NCBI GenBank assembly: GCA_040767965.1
Contig: JAXGNR010000009.1
Coordinates: 1 to 64,000 of the forward strand
Direction of reading: 5' to 3'
Source of the DNA: Atribacterota bacterium
GTDB taxonomy: Bacteria > Atribacterota > Phoenicimicrobiia > Phoenicimicrobiales > Stramentimicrobiaceae
DNA: 64,000 bases
Part shown: piece after piece, positions 63,130 to 64,000 of the stretch
Numbering within the stretch: position 1 is the first letter of the stretch
How the letters are laid out: each line of letters begins with the position of its first letter
Notes under the pieces: generated by a model
Seen by the model: only the letters and a program-made list of their open reading frames with translations
Told to the model about the DNA's origin: nothing
Database searches by the model: none
Position numbers and translations under genes: made by a program

Positions 63130-64000
63130 ATGTTATCAATAAGAAAGCAGCAATTTTTAATTTTTGTAATGTTGGTTGTTTCGGTAGTTATTTTTTCTTT
63201 CTCCGTTTCCGCACAAGAAAAGATCATTTGGAGATCTTCAAGTTTTGGTCCTGCATCCAATTATTCTCAAATCCATCACGATAAATGTTGTGAAGCAATT
63301 ACTCAAGCAAGTGGTGGAAGAATGGAAGTAAAAGCATTTGTTGGTGGCTCTATTATTCCAGAAACAAAAGAACTAGATGCTGTAATTGAAGGTGTAATCG
63401 ATTTATGTTACACCTGCCCGATGTATAATTTAGACAAATGGCCAGCAGCTGGTTTAATTAGTTCACGACCAGGTGGGTTACCAGGTCAATACCTAATACA
63501 ATGGTTTGATTATGGTGGCGGGTATGAACTAATGAACAAAATGATGGAAGGATACAATGTTATGGTCATGCCAGGATTCTTGTCCCCTGAACCACCAGAA
63601 GTTTTCCTCCATTCAAAGAAAAAAATTGAAACACCTGATGATTTAAAAGGATTGAAAGTACGTACATCTGGTGATGGTGGAGAAATTCTTGCCAGAATGG
63701 GTGTTTCAACTATATTTTTACCTGGAGGTGAACTATACGAAGCAATGCAGAGAGGTACTATAGATGCTTTTGAATATGCTGGTTTATCAACCAATTGGAG
63801 TATGCATTTTGATGAAATTGCCGAGTATGTAATTTTGTCACCATTAAGAGCACCCAGCGATCCTCATGTCTGGTTTGTTAATAAGGATTCCTGGGAAGCA
63901 CTTCCTGATGATCTAAAAGTGTTAGTTCAGAATGTAATAGCAAGATGGACTCAGGAACAGCAGAATTTTGAAAGCCATTATGATATTGAAGCACTGCAAA
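63130..64000 (+). CDS. dctP: TRAP substrate-binding protein (DctP/TakP-like), partial, runs off the window
   Basis: AAGGAGGT RBS, MLSIRKQ..signal..SAQEKIIW, ASGGRMEV..F.GGSI.P, DLKGLKVRT, GELYEAMQRGTIDAFEY. Missing from the track because there is no stop in the window. Confidence 0.88.
   Translation, partial: MLSIRKQQFLIFVMLVVSVVIFSFSVSAQEKIIWRSSSFGPASNYSQIHHDKCCEAITQASGGRMEVKAFVGGSIIPETKELDAVIEGVIDLCYTCPMYNLDKWPAAGLISSRPGGLPGQYLIQWFDYGGGYELMNKMMEGYNVMVMPGFLSPEPPEVFLHSKKKIETPDDLKGLKVRTSGDGGEILARMGVSTIFLPGGELYEAMQRGTIDAFEYAGLSTNWSMHFDEIAEYVILSPLRAPSDPHVWFVNKDSWEALPDDLKVLVQNVIARWTQEQQNFESHYDIEALQ

Noticed and set aside
63510-63794. 94-aa minus-strand ORF, and the many other short ORFs nested in or antisense to long genes (e.g. 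3122-3469, 24984-25361, 35133-35522)
   Set aside because: Shadows of well-supported genes on the other strand or frame, with no motifs or RBS.
1-64000. Alternative genetic code (UGA = Trp/Gly) suggested by several in-frame TGAs
   Set aside because: TGG is used normally for Trp, and TGA ends several full-length genes (korA, korB, selA, rlmD). The selD and hesB TGAs sit at Cys positions with SECIS hairpins. Only the rnfD TGA is at a Trp site.

Overview
AT-rich (by eye roughly one-third GC) window from an anaerobic bacterium. Gene content resembles Atribacterota/Firmicutes-like anaerobes, which is a tentative inference. 1-27.9 kb is intact: mrfA(3' end)-mrfB-radC-NUDIX, a duplicated cupin-HAD pair, class V aminotransferase, korAB, MFS, ribokinase, HIT, addB/addA-like genes, then a complete selenocysteine locus (tRNA-Sec, selA, selB, selD). 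The ORF track misses or truncates the UGA-containing genes. SelD has an in-frame UGA (24526) and a HesB-like selenoprotein lies on the minus strand (19554-19853). The most interesting signal is an Ig-domain surface lipoprotein directly upstream of tRNA-Sec whose 'stop' UGA is followed by two codons and a SECIS-like hairpin with the same GGU loop as selD's, a candidate new selenoprotein ending ...GGG-U-GS. About 27.9-44.8 kb is a more AT-rich accessory island (Tct and TRAP transporters, hydroxyacid dehydrogenase, aldolases, Panacea-type TA pair) full of single-base indels that look like unpolished long-read errors. It is followed by an atypical stand-alone rnfD-rnfC pair, a c-di-GMP-I riboswitch with a variant ligand-pocket base ahead of a large adhesin-like lipoprotein, an attenuator-preceded hflX(r)-like gene, a barnase-barstar pair with a nonsense codon, rlmD and two solute-binding proteins. 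No CRISPR array, rRNA or intact transposase was seen.
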